Assembly (NCBI GenBank): GCA_002256345.1
Contig: NKIY01000004.1
Span: 15,876-79,875, forward strand
Reading direction: 5' to 3'
From: Bradyrhizobiaceae bacterium PARB1
GTDB taxonomy: Bacteria; Pseudomonadota; Alphaproteobacteria; Rhizobiales; Xanthobacteraceae
DNA: 64,000 nt
The first letter of the stretch is position 1; each line of letters begins with the position of its first letter. The notes under the pieces are model-generated. The model was given only the letters and a program-made list of their open reading frames with translations, did not search any database and was not told where the DNA came from. This document shows, in pieces, positions 1 to 10,222 of the stretch. Made by a program: the position numbers and the translations under genes.

Positions 1-2
1 GC

Positions 3-1409
3 TTTGACCCGCTCACGACCCGCGCGGCCAACCGCGAGACGATCATGGCGGGCGCGCTGATATTCTCGAACTTCTTCACGCTCAACGAAAAAGGCGAGCG
101 CGTCCCTGATCTCGCCACGTCGCTTGACGGCTCACCCGATGGTCTGATCTGGCGACTAAAGCTGCGGCCAGGACTCAAATTCTCCAACGGAGCGCCTTAT
201 ACGGCGCATGACGTGGCGCGTCACTTTCAGCGCATTCTTGATCCTTCGAAGAATCAAGCCTTCGCAGGGGCAATCGGCGAACTGAAGGAAGCCGTTGCGA
301 TCGACGATACGACAGTCGAATTCCGTCTGGCGTATCCCCGAACCGCATTCTCGAGCTTCTTTTCAACCGACAACCACCTGATCTGGGCGATGCCCGTCGA
401 TTATCAGAACAGCGCTGGCCCCGATCTCAACCGCCGCCCGATCGGGGCCGGACCCTATGTGATGACGGAATGGAAACAAGACGACAGCATCACCTTCGAG
501 AAAAATCGCAACTACTGGAATCCAGCGGCTCAGCACCTCGACAAGATCGTGATCCGCTTCCTGCCCGAGCCCGCCGCGCGGTTTGCGGCGGTGAAGACCG
601 GCGATATCGACATATTCTACGAACCGCTCGGCAAACAGGTAAACGAAGCGCGAGATAGCAAGACTTTGAAAGTCGTGGAATACACCGGCACCGGCGCCTC
701 CACCCTCAACATCAATACGTCGTCGCCCCCGCTCGATGATGTGAGAGTGCGGCAGGCGCTGGCTCACGCGTTGGATCGGAATATCGAGCTCAAGGTCGCT
801 TACGACGGCGTCGGCAAGCTAGCCAACAGCTTCTGGGGCCCGGGCTCGGTGTGGCATTGCCCGGATGATGTCGGCTATCCCGAATACAATCCAGAGAAGG
901 CCAAGGCCTTGCTCAAGGACTACGGCAAGCCGGTCAAGATCGTGCTGCAGTCGGAGCCGACATCGACGCGAGCGATCGCTGCGCAGCTCTATCAGAGCTT
1001 CTGGCAGAAAGTCGGTGTCGAAGTCGAGATCAAGAACATTCAGGGTGGTCCATCCTACATCAACGCGGTGCTGCGCGGCGACTATCAGATTGCGTTCTGG
1101 GAGGTGGTCGACGTGCCCGACCCTGACTTCCAAGTCTATCAGGCGTTCTTTTCGAAGAGCGGGGGCAACATTACCAAAATTAGCGATCCAAAGCTTGACG
1201 AAGCCATCGAGATCGGACGCCGCAGCCTCGATATCGGCACCCGCAGGAGAGCATATTGCGATTTCAGCAAGCAGATGGCCAAACTGATGCCGATTATGCT
1301 GCGCACCCAGTCAAACTATTCCGCCATCACGCAATCGCGGGTTCATGATATCCCGCCGCTGCGGCGCGGCCTGCTTCGACTCAACCAGGTGTGGGTCGAT
1401 CCGAAATAG
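3..1409 (+). CDS. ABC transporter substrate-binding protein, peptide/nickel (family 5) type; 5' end cut by window edge
   Basis: The frame is open from base 3 (FDPLTTRAANRETIMAGAL...), so the Met at 45 is internal. Length and sequence are typical of SBP family 5. It heads an operon with two permeases and two ATPases. Confidence 0.8.
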   Translation, partial: FDPLTTRAANRETIMAGALIFSNFFTLNEKGERVPDLATSLDGSPDGLIWRLKLRPGLKFSNGAPYTAHDVARHFQRILDPSKNQAFAGAIGELKEAVAIDDTTVEFRLAYPRTAFSSFFSTDNHLIWAMPVDYQNSAGPDLNRRPIGAGPYVMTEWKQDDSITFEKNRNYWNPAAQHLDKIVIRFLPEPAARFAAVKTGDIDIFYEPLGKQVNEARDSKTLKVVEYTGTGASTLNINTSSPPLDDVRVRQALAHALDRNIELKVAYDGVGKLANSFWGPGSVWHCPDDVGYPEYNPEKAKALLKDYGKPVKIVLQSEPTSTRAIAAQLYQSFWQKVGVEVEIKNIQGGPSYINAVLRGDYQIAFWEVVDVPDPDFQVYQAFFSKSGGNITKISDPKLDEAIEIGRRSLDIGTRRRAYCDFSKQMAKLMPIMLRTQSNYSAITQSRVHDIPPLRRGLLRLNQVWVDPK

Positions 1410-1445
1410 TGCAAGCACTTGGCACTGCACGACAGGGTATAGGCG

Positions 1446-2387
1446 ATGACGCAGTACGTCCTGTACAAGCTACTGCGTCTGATCCTGGTCCTGCTTATGG
1501 TTACAGCAGTAACCTTCTTGCTCCTGAACCTGCTGCCGGGCGACGTCGCCATCGCCCTTCTCGGCAATGAGGCGACGCCGGATTCAATAGCGCAGGTACG
1601 CACCGAACTTGGCCTCGATCAGCCGCTAGCCCTGCGCTATCTGCACTGGTTGACCAGTTTTATGTCCGGCGACCTCGGCCGCTCCTACATCACCCAGGTC
1701 CCGGTGATGGAAGCGATCATCGATCGACTTCCGGTGACGGTAGAATTGATCCTGCTCAGCCAGGGATTTGCGCTGCTGCTTGCCGTGCCTTCCGGCGTCC
1801 TGTGCGCCTACAAGGCCGGGAGCCGGATCGACCGGCTGATCAGTTCGGCAGCCCTTTTATTGTTCGCCGCCCCGGTCTTCATCACTGCCATCCTGTTGAT
1901 GTTCCTGTTCGCGCTGACGCTGCGTTGGCTGCCGTCAACCGGCTACATCCCGCTCACGGTCGATCCGCTGGGTAATCTTGCACGTCTGACGCTGCCCGCG
2001 CTCGCGATAGGGCTGTCAGAATGGCCGCCGCTGTTCGCTGTGCTGCGGGCCGACATGATCAAGACCCTGCAGCAGGACTATATCGCACTCGCCAAGGCCA
2101 AGGGTCTTGGTCCCGCCTTCATCCTGCTTCGGCACGCGCTGCGGCCGTCATCGTTCACACTGGTCACAATCACCGGCTTGCAAATTGCCGCTGCGATCGC
2201 CGGTGCACTGGTGGTGGAGACGATTTTCGGGCTGCCCGGGGTCGGCCGCATGCTGACCGGGGCGATCTACAATCGTGACATGATGCTGGTCCAGGGCTGT
2301 GTCGCGATCATCTCTGTTGGTTACGTGCTGATCAATTTCGGCGTCGATATGATATATGTGCTGCTCGATCCGAGAATCCGCCGGTGA
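1446..2387 (+). CDS. ABC transporter permease (DppB/OppB-like)
   Basis: 313 aa multi-TM protein with a binding-protein-dependent transport inner-membrane motif region (...LAKAKGLGPAFILLRHALRPS...). Operon context. Confidence 0.85.
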   Translation: MTQYVLYKLLRLILVLLMVTAVTFLLLNLLPGDVAIALLGNEATPDSIAQVRTELGLDQPLALRYLHWLTSFMSGDLGRSYITQVPVMEAIIDRLPVTVELILLSQGFALLLAVPSGVLCAYKAGSRIDRLISSAALLLFAAPVFITAILLMFLFALTLRWLPSTGYIPLTVDPLGNLARLTLPALAIGLSEWPPLFAVLRADMIKTLQQDYIALAKAKGLGPAFILLRHALRPSSFTLVTITGLQIAAAIAGALVVETIFGLPGVGRMLTGAIYNRDMMLVQGCVAIISVGYVLINFGVDMIYVLLDPRIRR

Positions 2388-3271
2388 GTGTCGTCGCCGA
2401 CGATCAAGCGCCGCTCACGACGCCGGCAAGCAGCGCCACGCGATCATCGCTCGCGCGCCACCGGAGAGGTCCGGGATTCTGGCTTGCGATCACCTGGACA
2501 ACGCTGGTCATCGTGCTGGCAGCGAGCGCCAACCTGCTCCCGTTACGGAACCCGACAGAGGCCGATTTCACTGTCATCTCCAACTGGCCCGATGCAACTT
2601 ACTGGTTCGGCACCGACCATCTCGGCCGCGACATCTTCTCGCGCTCCATCTTCGGCGCACGAACGTCCCTTGTCGTCGGATTACTTGCGCCAACCATCGG
2701 ACTTGGCGCGGGCCTGTTTTTCGGCCTGATCGCCGGCTATTTCCGGGGACGGACCGAATCCGTCATCGCAGCCGCGGTGGATGCCATCATGGCATTTCCC
2801 GGCATCCTCATCGTTCTCGCGGTGACGGCCTATATCGGCGCTCACACCGCTGTCCTCATCCTTCTGCTCGGCTTGCTGACGATCCCAGCCTTCATGCGGG
2901 TCGCGCGCGCCAACACACTTGTATTCGCCCAGCGTGAATTCGTGCTGGCGGCGCGCGCCATGGGCGCAACCCACGCAAGGGTGCTGACGTTCGAGATCCT
3001 GCCGAACGTCATCATCCCGATGCTCATCTACACGCTCCTCGTGGTCTCTCGCGTCATCGTGATCGAGGGGATCCTGTCCTTTCTGGGTCTCAGCGTATCG
3101 CCGCCGCAACCGACATGGGGCAACATGATCGCGGACGGGCAGGTCGATCTGGCGACATTGCCCTATATTGCTTTCATTCCCTCTGCGCTGATGTTCTTCA
3201 CGGTTCTGTCCATCAACCTGATAGGAGAGCATCTGCGCGCCCGAACAGATTTACGCGGCAGCGCGCTATGA
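2384..3271 (+). CDS. ABC transporter permease (DppC/OppC-like)
   Basis: GTG start overlaps the upstream stop (GTGA). 295 aa TM protein with the typical ...ARAMGATHARVLTFEILPN... segment. Confidence 0.85.
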   Translation: MSVVADDQAPLTTPASSATRSSLARHRRGPGFWLAITWTTLVIVLAASANLLPLRNPTEADFTVISNWPDATYWFGTDHLGRDIFSRSIFGARTSLVVGLLAPTIGLGAGLFFGLIAGYFRGRTESVIAAAVDAIMAFPGILIVLAVTAYIGAHTAVLILLLGLLTIPAFMRVARANTLVFAQREFVLAARAMGATHARVLTFEILPNVIIPMLIYTLLVVSRVIVIEGILSFLGLSVSPPQPTWGNMIADGQVDLATLPYIAFIPSALMFFTVLSINLIGEHLRARTDLRGSAL

Positions 3272-4275
3272 CAGATGGAAGTGCTGCTCTCCTTGAAATC
3301 AGTGATCTCGTGACACAGCTGCATACGCCGCACGGTATCGTGCGCGCCGTGGACGGAGTGTCGCTCTCGTTGAAACGCGGACAGACCCTCGGTATCGTCG
3401 GCGAGTCCGGCTCCGGCAAGAGCGTGCTGGCGCGAACGATCATCGGCATTCTCGCGAAGGATGGCTCGGTCACCACGACCGGCCGCATTGCATTCGAGGG
3501 GCACGACCTGCTCAAGCGGTCGGAGCCGGAGATGCGCAACATTCGCGGCAGGGACATCGCCATGGTCTTCCAGGATCCGACATCTTCGCTGAACCCGGTG
3601 AAGCGGATCGGGGCCCAGATCGGCGAGGTGTTAACACGCCATCTCGGCCTGCGCGGTCGAGCCGCGGCGACCCGCTCGATCGAGCTTCTCAACGCGGTCG
3701 GAATTCCTCTGCCGGACGAGCGCCTGCATCAGTATCCACACCAGCTATCCGGAGGCATGCGCCAGCGGGTCGCCATTGCAATCGCGCTCGCCTGCGAGCC
3801 AAAAATTCTGATCGCTGACGAGCCGACCACCGCGCTCGATGTCACGATACAGGCACAGATTCTGGATCTGCTGCGGCGTCAGCAGATCGCGCGCAATATG
3901 GCGATGATTCTGATCTCGCACGACTTGGGGGTGGTTGCAGGGCACACCGATACGGTCGCGGTGATGTATGCAGGGCAAGTGGTCGAGTGCGCATCGACTT
4001 GGTCGCTCTTCCACAACTGCCGAATGCCCTACACTCAAGCGCTGATCCGCTCTGCTCCGAACTTGGCCGATCCGCCGCACACACGGCTGCGCGCGATTTC
4101 AGGACGACCGCCGGACATGCTGCGGCCACCGATTGGATGCCGCTTCAACCCGCGCTGCGACTACGCGACCTGCCTGTGCCGGACTGATCAACCGGCCTTG
4201 TCGATGGCCGATGCAGGCACCTCGCATCAGTACTCCTGCTGGCATCCGATCCAGGCGCACGGGGTCTTGCCATGA
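3268..4275 (+). CDS. ABC transporter ATP-binding protein (DppD/OppD-like)
   Basis: ATG at 3268 overlaps the permease stop (ATGA); the track ORF from 3115 is an upstream over-extension. Walker A GESGSGKS, signature LSGGMRQR, Walker B ILIADEPT. Confidence 0.85.
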   Translation: MTDGSAALLEISDLVTQLHTPHGIVRAVDGVSLSLKRGQTLGIVGESGSGKSVLARTIIGILAKDGSVTTTGRIAFEGHDLLKRSEPEMRNIRGRDIAMVFQDPTSSLNPVKRIGAQIGEVLTRHLGLRGRAAATRSIELLNAVGIPLPDERLHQYPHQLSGGMRQRVAIAIALACEPKILIADEPTTALDVTIQAQILDLLRRQQIARNMAMILISHDLGVVAGHTDTVAVMYAGQVVECASTWSLFHNCRMPYTQALIRSAPNLADPPHTRLRAISGRPPDMLRPPIGCRFNPRCDYATCLCRTDQPALSMADAGTSHQYSCWHPIQAHGVLP

Positions 4276-5246
4276 CTTCCGACGAACTTCTCGTCGTCGA
4301 TAACCTGTCGGCGACATACAAGCTGCCACACGGCCGACAGCTTACCGCCGTCGCAAATATCAGTTTCACCGTCTACAAAGGCGAAACCCTGGGGCTGGTC
4401 GGCGAATCCGGCTGTGGCAAGTCGACCGTCGCGCGCTCGATCATGCGGCTTCCACCGCCGACCGGCGGGACGGTGGTCTTCGAAGGACACGACCTCGCAA
4501 GCCTCAATGCGGAAGCGTTGCGTCATGCGCGGACGCGGCTGCACATGATCTTCCAGGATCCGATTTCTTCACTGAACCCCCGCCGTAAGGTGCGCGACAT
4601 TGTGGCCGAGCCAATGGTGATCGCCGGCGTGGGCAGCGCTGAGGAACGTATACGCCGTGCGCGCATCGCGCTCGAAGCAGTCAGCCTCGATCCGGATCTG
4701 GTTATGGATCGCCGCCCGCACGAGTTTTCCGGAGGCCAATGCCAGCGCATCGCGATCGCCCGTGCGCTCATCATGGAGCCCCGCCTCGTCGTCTGCGACG
4801 AACCCGTTTCAGCGCTCGACGTGTCGGTGCGCGCCCAAATCCTCAATCTGCTCGAGGATATGAAAGCGCGCTATAGCCTGACGCTGCTGTTCATCAGTCA
4901 TGACCTTGCCGTCGTGAAAAACATCAGCGACCGGGTTGCGGTGATGTATCTCGGCCGCCTATGCGAACTGGCTTCGTCGGAACGGCTCTACGAAGCGCCT
5001 CTTCATCCGTACACCGCGGCGCTGATGGCTGCCATTCCTGTCATGACCTCCGAAAGGGACGACAACTCCTCGCGGGTACTCATCGGTGACTTGCCCTCAC
5101 CCATGAATCCGCCGAGCGGCTGCCGCTTTCGGACACGGTGTCCACGCGCAGCAACGCGTTGCGCGGAAATCGAGCCAGAATGGCGCGAAGCAAAACCCGA
5201 CCACTTCGTCGCCTGTCACTTTCCTCTCAGCCGCCCTCATGGATAG
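4272..5246 (+). CDS. ABC transporter ATP-binding protein (DppF/OppF-like)
   Basis: ATGA overlap with the previous gene. Walker A GESGCGKS, signature FSGGQCQR, Walker B LVVCDEPVS, and an oligopeptide-type C-terminal domain. Confidence 0.85.
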   Translation: MTSDELLVVDNLSATYKLPHGRQLTAVANISFTVYKGETLGLVGESGCGKSTVARSIMRLPPPTGGTVVFEGHDLASLNAEALRHARTRLHMIFQDPISSLNPRRKVRDIVAEPMVIAGVGSAEERIRRARIALEAVSLDPDLVMDRRPHEFSGGQCQRIAIARALIMEPRLVVCDEPVSALDVSVRAQILNLLEDMKARYSLTLLFISHDLAVVKNISDRVAVMYLGRLCELASSERLYEAPLHPYTAALMAAIPVMTSERDDNSSRVLIGDLPSPMNPPSGCRFRTRCPRAATRCAEIEPEWREAKPDHFVACHFPLSRPHG

Positions 5247-5286
5247 GGCGATATTCTGAGGTTTGCGGCTTTACCGGATGAAGTGT

Positions 5287-5518
5287 GCCGTAGCGTACCG
5301 GGGATGGTGAGATGCAGGCCCACCACTCGCGAGCGTAGGTCGGCAGGGAGGCGTTGGATGAAACAGACTTTACGAGAACCTTTGCAGCGCACCGGCTGAA
5401 CGACCCTGAACAGTAATGTTGCTCGCCAGTGTTACACAGCAAGAGTGAGCGCAACACACTGATGGGACCTAACTTCTTGGAATTGCTCAACATCAAGAAG
5501 CCGATGGTGCCCAGGGGC
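5287..5518. repeat. Direct repeat copy A (~230 bp), ending in a 14-nt fragment of the tRNA-Phe 3' end
   Basis: Aligns colinearly with 11581-11813 by eye, with substitutions and small indels. It ends TGGTGCCCAGGGGC at 5505-5518, identical to the complement of the last 14 nt of the tRNA-Phe at 11800-11875, and then diverges. Confidence 0.75.
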
Positions 5519-5852
5519 AAGTCGTCCCACACGCACCTTAAATCCCGCGAGAAATGACTTAAAGCCGCCAATTTCAGGTCTGCGTATCACTCGGATGTAC
5601 TAATCTCGATGGCCTGCCGATCACGCGTGGTTACGTGGAGAAACGCGAGGGCGAGTTAGACCGTGAAGCGCCCGCCCTCACGAACGATCAGCGCGAAGCA
5701 GCCTAGGGGGCGCTATTGGAGGCCTACACAACCCACTGGCCGCAATGCTGACTATGGACCCGACCGGGAAAGGCGAGCTGCGCCCAACGATATAATCGGC
5801 CAGAGTGCGTAGTGGCTAACGCTCAGAGTCACGTCGATATGAGGCTCCGGCG

Positions 5853-6818
5853 TCAGAAGTCGATCTCGATAGCGATACCTGTCTCGATAGCGCGATCTAC
5901 TGCGGTAGAGGCTACGGCAAGATCCTGTAAGCCGACGCCGGTTCCGTCGAATAGCGTGATCTGCTCGGCGGAGACCCGGCCAGAATGGGTGCCGTTGATC
6001 ACAGCGCCGATTTCTACGATGTCGGCAGCCTTCACGAGACCCCTCGCAACCGCATGCTGCGCTTCGCCGATGGAAACTGACTGAGCAATCTCGTCGGTGA
6101 AAACCGTCGCGCGAGCGACGAGTTCTGCCTCTACCTCCTGCTTGCCTTTGGTGTCTGTACCCATGCAAGCTAGGTGCGTTCCCGGTTTAACGTGTGAGGC
6201 CTTGAGGATTGGAGCGAAGGACGACGTGATGGTGATGATAACGTCAGCCTCTGTACCAATCCGGTCAAGGTCTACCGCCTCGAAGGGAAGACCGTGCTCA
6301 CGCGCCACTTCCTCTAACCGTTTCAGCATCTCCGGATGCAAGTTCCAGCCGATGACTCGTTCGAAGCGGCGTTGGCCGAGCGCGGCGCGCAACTGAAAGG
6401 CTGATTGATGGCCTGCTCCGATCATGCCGAGTACCCTGGCATCGTCGCGCGCTAGATGCTTGATCGAGATTGCCGAAGCTGCTGCTGTGCGCAAGGCAGT
6501 CAATAAATTTCCGCCGACGACTGCACGGCATCGCCCGGATTCCGCCTCAAAGAGAAAGACCGTGGACTGGTGATTAGTCAGTCCCTTCGCAATATTACCG
6601 GGCCAAAATCCGCCCGACTTCAATCCGAGTGCAAGACTTTCGCGGTCGAAGCCGGATTTGAAGCCGTAGAGCGCATCAGCATAGCCGATCGCCTCGCGAA
6701 TAACCGGGAAATTATAGGCCGATTTCCGTGCCATGGCGGCAAAGACCTGCTCAACAGCGGAGAAGCAGTCGGCAGCGGTGAGCAACCCTGCGACCGCGCG
6801 CTCGGGAACGATAATCAT
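5853..6818 (-). CDS. bhcD: Ornithine cyclodeaminase/mu-crystallin family protein; position and family match iminosuccinate reductase BhcD
   Basis: 321 aa OCD/mu-crystallin fold with a Rossmann GMIGAGHQS motif. Last gene of the aminotransferase-dehydratase-aldolase-OCD operon. Confidence 0.7.
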   Translation of the reverse strand: MIIVPERAVAGLLTAADCFSAVEQVFAAMARKSAYNFPVIREAIGYADALYGFKSGFDRESLALGLKSGGFWPGNIAKGLTNHQSTVFLFEAESGRCRAVVGGNLLTALRTAAASAISIKHLARDDARVLGMIGAGHQSAFQLRAALGQRRFERVIGWNLHPEMLKRLEEVAREHGLPFEAVDLDRIGTEADVIITITSSFAPILKASHVKPGTHLACMGTDTKGKQEVEAELVARATVFTDEIAQSVSIGEAQHAVARGLVKAADIVEIGAVINGTHSGRVSAEQITLFDGTGVGLQDLAVASTAVDRAIETGIAIEIDF

Positions 6819-6872
6819 CTGCTCTGTCCTCGATCAGGAAGAAGGCGCTCCGAGTGGAGCGCCTTACCGGAC

Positions 6873-8054
6873 TCAGTAGGCCTTTCCGCGGGCCGAAACA
6901 GGCCAGAGGGTTTCGACCACCCCGTTCCGTACTCCGACATACCAGTCATGAACGTTACAGGTCGGGTCACAATGGCCCGGCACGAGGCGGAGCTTGTCGT
7001 TGACTGCGAGCACGCCTTCGGGATCGTCGATAACGCCATGCTCGTCCGAGCATTTGACATATTTCACATCGTCACGGCCGTAGATGAAAGGTAGTCCGGA
7101 ATCGATGGATTGGGCCTTTAGGCCGGCGTCGCAGATCGCCTTGTCCGGCTTGGCATGGCTCATGACGCTGGTCAGAATGAAGAGAGCGTTCTCCCACTCA
7201 CCCTTGTCGATGCGCTTGCCGTCGCGGTCGAGGATGCGACCGTAGTCGGCGTCCATAAAGGCGTAGCTGCCGCACTGCAGCTCGTTATAGACGCCCGAGC
7301 CGCTCTCGAAATAATAGCTGCCGGTACCGCCACCGCTGACCAACTCGGGGGCGAGCCCGGCCACCTCCAGTGCCGCGACGGCTTCTTTCACCTGGGCGAT
7401 GGCGGCATCGAGCTTGGCCTTTCGATCCTCATAACCGTCGATGTGCTGCATCGCGCCCTGATACGCCTGGATGCCGGTGAACTTGAGATGGGGGGCGGCA
7501 GCAATTGCCTTCGCGATCGCGACGACCTCGCCGACGGTCTTCACACCGCAGCGGCCAGCACCGCAATCGATCTCGACGAAGCATTCGAGGACCGTGCCGT
7601 GCTTCGCGGCGGCGGCCGAGAGATCTGCGACATTGGCGATGTCGTCGACGCAGACGATCACGCGCGATCCGTAGTTTGGGAGACGCGCGAGACGGTCGAT
7701 CTTCGCGGGATCGCGCACCTGGTTCGAGACCAGTATGTCCTTGATGCCGCCGCGGGCGAAGACCTCGGCTTCCGAGACCTTCTGACAGCAGACGCCAACC
7801 GCGCCGCCAAGCTTCTCCTGCAGGCGCAACACGTCGACCGATTTGTGCATCTTGCCGTGGGCCCGATGGCGCATACCATGAGCCTTGGCGTAGTCACCCA
7901 TCTTCGTGATGTTGCGCTCGAGCGCGTCCAGATCGAGGATCAGGCAGGGCGTCTGGATCTCGTCCTCGCGCATACCAGGCAAGGCCGGAACGTCATATCC
8001 GACTTCGAGGTCAGAGTGCTTCACATTACCTGCAATTTTCGCTTCCATGTTCAT
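6873..8054 (-). CDS. bhcC: Alanine-racemase-N-domain (fold type III PLP) D-threonine-aldolase-like protein; matches beta-hydroxyaspartate aldolase BhcC
   Basis: PLP-lysine context RAHGKMHKS. ATG at 8054 is preceded by AGGGGAGA; the track start at 8078 is a TTG overlapping bhcB. Third gene of the operon. Confidence 0.7.
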   Translation of the reverse strand: MNMEAKIAGNVKHSDLEVGYDVPALPGMREDEIQTPCLILDLDALERNITKMGDYAKAHGMRHRAHGKMHKSVDVLRLQEKLGGAVGVCCQKVSEAEVFARGGIKDILVSNQVRDPAKIDRLARLPNYGSRVIVCVDDIANVADLSAAAAKHGTVLECFVEIDCGAGRCGVKTVGEVVAIAKAIAAAPHLKFTGIQAYQGAMQHIDGYEDRKAKLDAAIAQVKEAVAALEVAGLAPELVSGGGTGSYYFESGSGVYNELQCGSYAFMDADYGRILDRDGKRIDKGEWENALFILTSVMSHAKPDKAICDAGLKAQSIDSGLPFIYGRDDVKYVKCSDEHGVIDDPEGVLAVNDKLRLVPGHCDPTCNVHDWYVGVRNGVVETLWPVSARGKAY

Positions 8055-8068
8055 GTCGCTGTTCTCCC

Positions 8069-9019
8069 CTACTGCCAAGGCAACTTATCGAGATCGACGT
8101 TTCCACCAGTGACGATCACGCCGATGCGCTTGCCGGCGAAGACGTCGCGATTCTTCAGGATCGTCGCGAGCGGCACCGCGCTGGATGGCTCCATGACGAT
8201 CTTCATGCGCTTCCAGATCAACTTCATCGCATCGACGATGTCTTCTTCCGACGCGGTCAGGATGTCGGTGACGTGCCTGCTGACGAAGTGCCAGGTTAGA
8301 TCCTTGAGCGGCACCTTGAGCCCGTCCGCCACCGTGTTCGGAGCGTCGTCGGCGATAATGTAGCCGGCTTTGAAGCTGCGGTAGGCGTCGTCAGCCTGTT
8401 CGGGCTCGGCCGCATAGACCTTGATGCTTGGTGCGAGCTGCGACAGCGTCAAGCAGGTGCCAGACACCATGCCGCCGCCGCCGATCGGAGCGATGACAGC
8501 ATCAAGGCCATCGACCTGCTCGATCAGTTCCTTCGAGCAGGTGCCCTGCCCTGCGATGACGCGGGCGTCGTTATAGGGATGGACGAACTCGGCGCCGGTC
8601 TCTGCAACGACTTCGGCGAAGACCGCTTCGCGCGACGTTGTGGAGGGCTCGCATTCGACGACCTTGCCGCCATATCCGCGCACCGCGTCCTTCTTGGCCT
8701 GCGGGGCCGTGCGCGGCATGACGACCGTGCAGGGAATACCCCGTCGGCCGGCCGCATAGGACAGGCAGGTGCCGTGATTGCCGGAGGAGTGTGTCGCCAC
8801 CCCCCTCGCGGCTTCAGTGTCGCTGAGGCCGAAGACAGCATTCGACGCACCCCGCACCTTGAATGCGCCGGCCTTCTGCAAGTTCTCGCACTTGAAGAAC
8901 AGTTCGGCTCCGGCGAGCTCGTCGATGACGCGCGAGGTCAGCACGGGCGTGCGGTGAATGTGAGGCTTGATCCGCTCATGCGCAATCAGCATGTCCGCGA
9001 TCGAGGGAATGTTCATCAT
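8069..9019 (-). CDS. bhcB: Serine/threonine dehydratase family (fold type II PLP) protein; matches beta-hydroxyaspartate dehydratase BhcB
   Basis: Motif FKCENLQKAGAFKVRGA (PLP lysine) and a GGGG loop (APIGGGGMVSG). 316 aa. Second gene of the operon. Confidence 0.7.
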   Translation of the reverse strand: MMNIPSIADMLIAHERIKPHIHRTPVLTSRVIDELAGAELFFKCENLQKAGAFKVRGASNAVFGLSDTEAARGVATHSSGNHGTCLSYAAGRRGIPCTVVMPRTAPQAKKDAVRGYGGKVVECEPSTTSREAVFAEVVAETGAEFVHPYNDARVIAGQGTCSKELIEQVDGLDAVIAPIGGGGMVSGTCLTLSQLAPSIKVYAAEPEQADDAYRSFKAGYIIADDAPNTVADGLKVPLKDLTWHFVSRHVTDILTASEEDIVDAMKLIWKRMKIVMEPSSAVPLATILKNRDVFAGKRIGVIVTGGNVDLDKLPWQ

Positions 9020-9031
9020 GACGGCAATTCC

Positions 9032-10222
9032 TCACGCTGCGGCCTGGATTTTGGACGTCGTCGCGCCACGGTAGTAGTTCTGCGCCGCAGCAACGCCGGA
9101 GCCGAGCCTGACGTCGAGGCCGAGATCCGCCATCACCATCTCCGCGGTCGCGATACCCGATAGCGCCATGACGTCAGTCAGGCTGCCGAGGTGACCGATG
9201 CGGAACACCCTGCCGGCCACCTCACCGAGCCCGACGCCAAAAGCGACGTCGTATTTGCGGGCGGCATGCGCGACGATCTCGGTGGCGTTGAAGCCTTCCG
9301 GCGTACAGATCGCGCTTACGGTATCAGAGCAGAGGTTTTCGCTATGTGCGCAGAGTCTCAACCCCCACGCCTTCACCGCGGCGCGGATGCCTGAGGCGAT
9401 CCGATGGTGCCGCGCAAAAACGCTCTCCAATCCTTCCGAAAGCAGTAGCTCCGTCGACAATTTGAGACCATTCAGTAGGCCGACGGCTGGCGTGTACGGG
9501 TAACCGCCATTCGCGTAACCTCCAGCCATGTCGCGGATATCGAAGAAGGTGCGCGGCAGCGTCGCTTTTGCAGTTGCGGCCATCGCCTTGGGCGAAAAGC
9601 CGACGATGGCTAGTCCGGCTGGCAGCATGAAGCCTTTCTGCGAGCCGGTGACAGCGACATCAATGCCCCACTCGTCCATCCGGAAGTCCATCGAACCGAT
9701 CGAGCTAACGCCATCGACGAAGAGCAGGGCCGGATGTTGGGCGGCATCCAAGGCACGACGAACTGCTGCAACGTCCGACTTCACACCGGTTGCAGTCTCA
9801 TTGTGCGTGACGAGGACCGCGCGGATGCGATGCGACTTATCCGCGGTGAGAACTTCTTCGTAGCGATCGGCCGGCAGGCCGCTGCCCCAAGGAGCCTCGA
9901 TGATTTCAACCTCAAGGCCGTGGCGCTCGCACATGTCGATCCAGCGGTGGCTGAACATGCCGTAGCGCGCTGCGAGCACCTGACTGCCTGGGCTCAGCGT
10001 GTTGGAGATCGCGGTCTCCCAGCCGCCAGTTCCCGTCGACGGGAAGATGAAGATCTCGGCGTTTTCGCTCTTCAGCACCTTTTTAACGCCAGCGAGGGCC
10101 GGGTGAAGGATCTGACCAAAGAGAGGTGAACGATGGTCCAGCGTCGGCATATCCACTGCCTTGCGCAGGATCTCCGGCATGTTCGTTGGGCCGGGGATGA
10201 AAACAGGATTTTGCGAGTACAT
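9032..10222 (-). CDS. bhcA: Class V aminotransferase (serine-glyoxylate aminotransferase-like); matches aspartate-glyoxylate aminotransferase BhcA
   Basis: ATG at 10222 is preceded by AAGGAGG. PLP-lysine context TGSQKGFMLP. First gene of the operon, divergent from an IclR regulator. Confidence 0.7.
   Translation of the reverse strand: MYSQNPVFIPGPTNMPEILRKAVDMPTLDHRSPLFGQILHPALAGVKKVLKSENAEIFIFPSTGTGGWETAISNTLSPGSQVLAARYGMFSHRWIDMCERHGLEVEIIEAPWGSGLPADRYEEVLTADKSHRIRAVLVTHNETATGVKSDVAAVRRALDAAQHPALLFVDGVSSIGSMDFRMDEWGIDVAVTGSQKGFMLPAGLAIVGFSPKAMAATAKATLPRTFFDIRDMAGGYANGGYPYTPAVGLLNGLKLSTELLLSEGLESVFARHHRIASGIRAAVKAWGLRLCAHSENLCSDTVSAICTPEGFNATEIVAHAARKYDVAFGVGLGEVAGRVFRIGHLGSLTDVMALSGIATAEMVMADLGLDVRLGSGVAAAQNYYRGATTSKIQAAA

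Noticed and set aside
5227-5571. Track ORFs 5227..5571(-) and 11399..11860(-) share the peptide PLGTIGFLMLS.SKKL.PISV, which could suggest a duplicated small gene.
   Set aside because: The shared peptide comes from translating the ~230-bp direct repeat and the tRNA-Phe itself. Neither ORF has protein-like composition outside the repeat, and one runs straight through the tRNA.
5519-5852. The non-coding ~330 bp between repeat copy A and bhcD was examined for an integrase remnant. One frame reads ...LDGLPITRGYVEKREGELDREAPALTNDQREAA*.
   Set aside because: The frame is only ~40 codons long, has no start codon and carries no recognisable recombinase motif. I cannot support any call without a database search.
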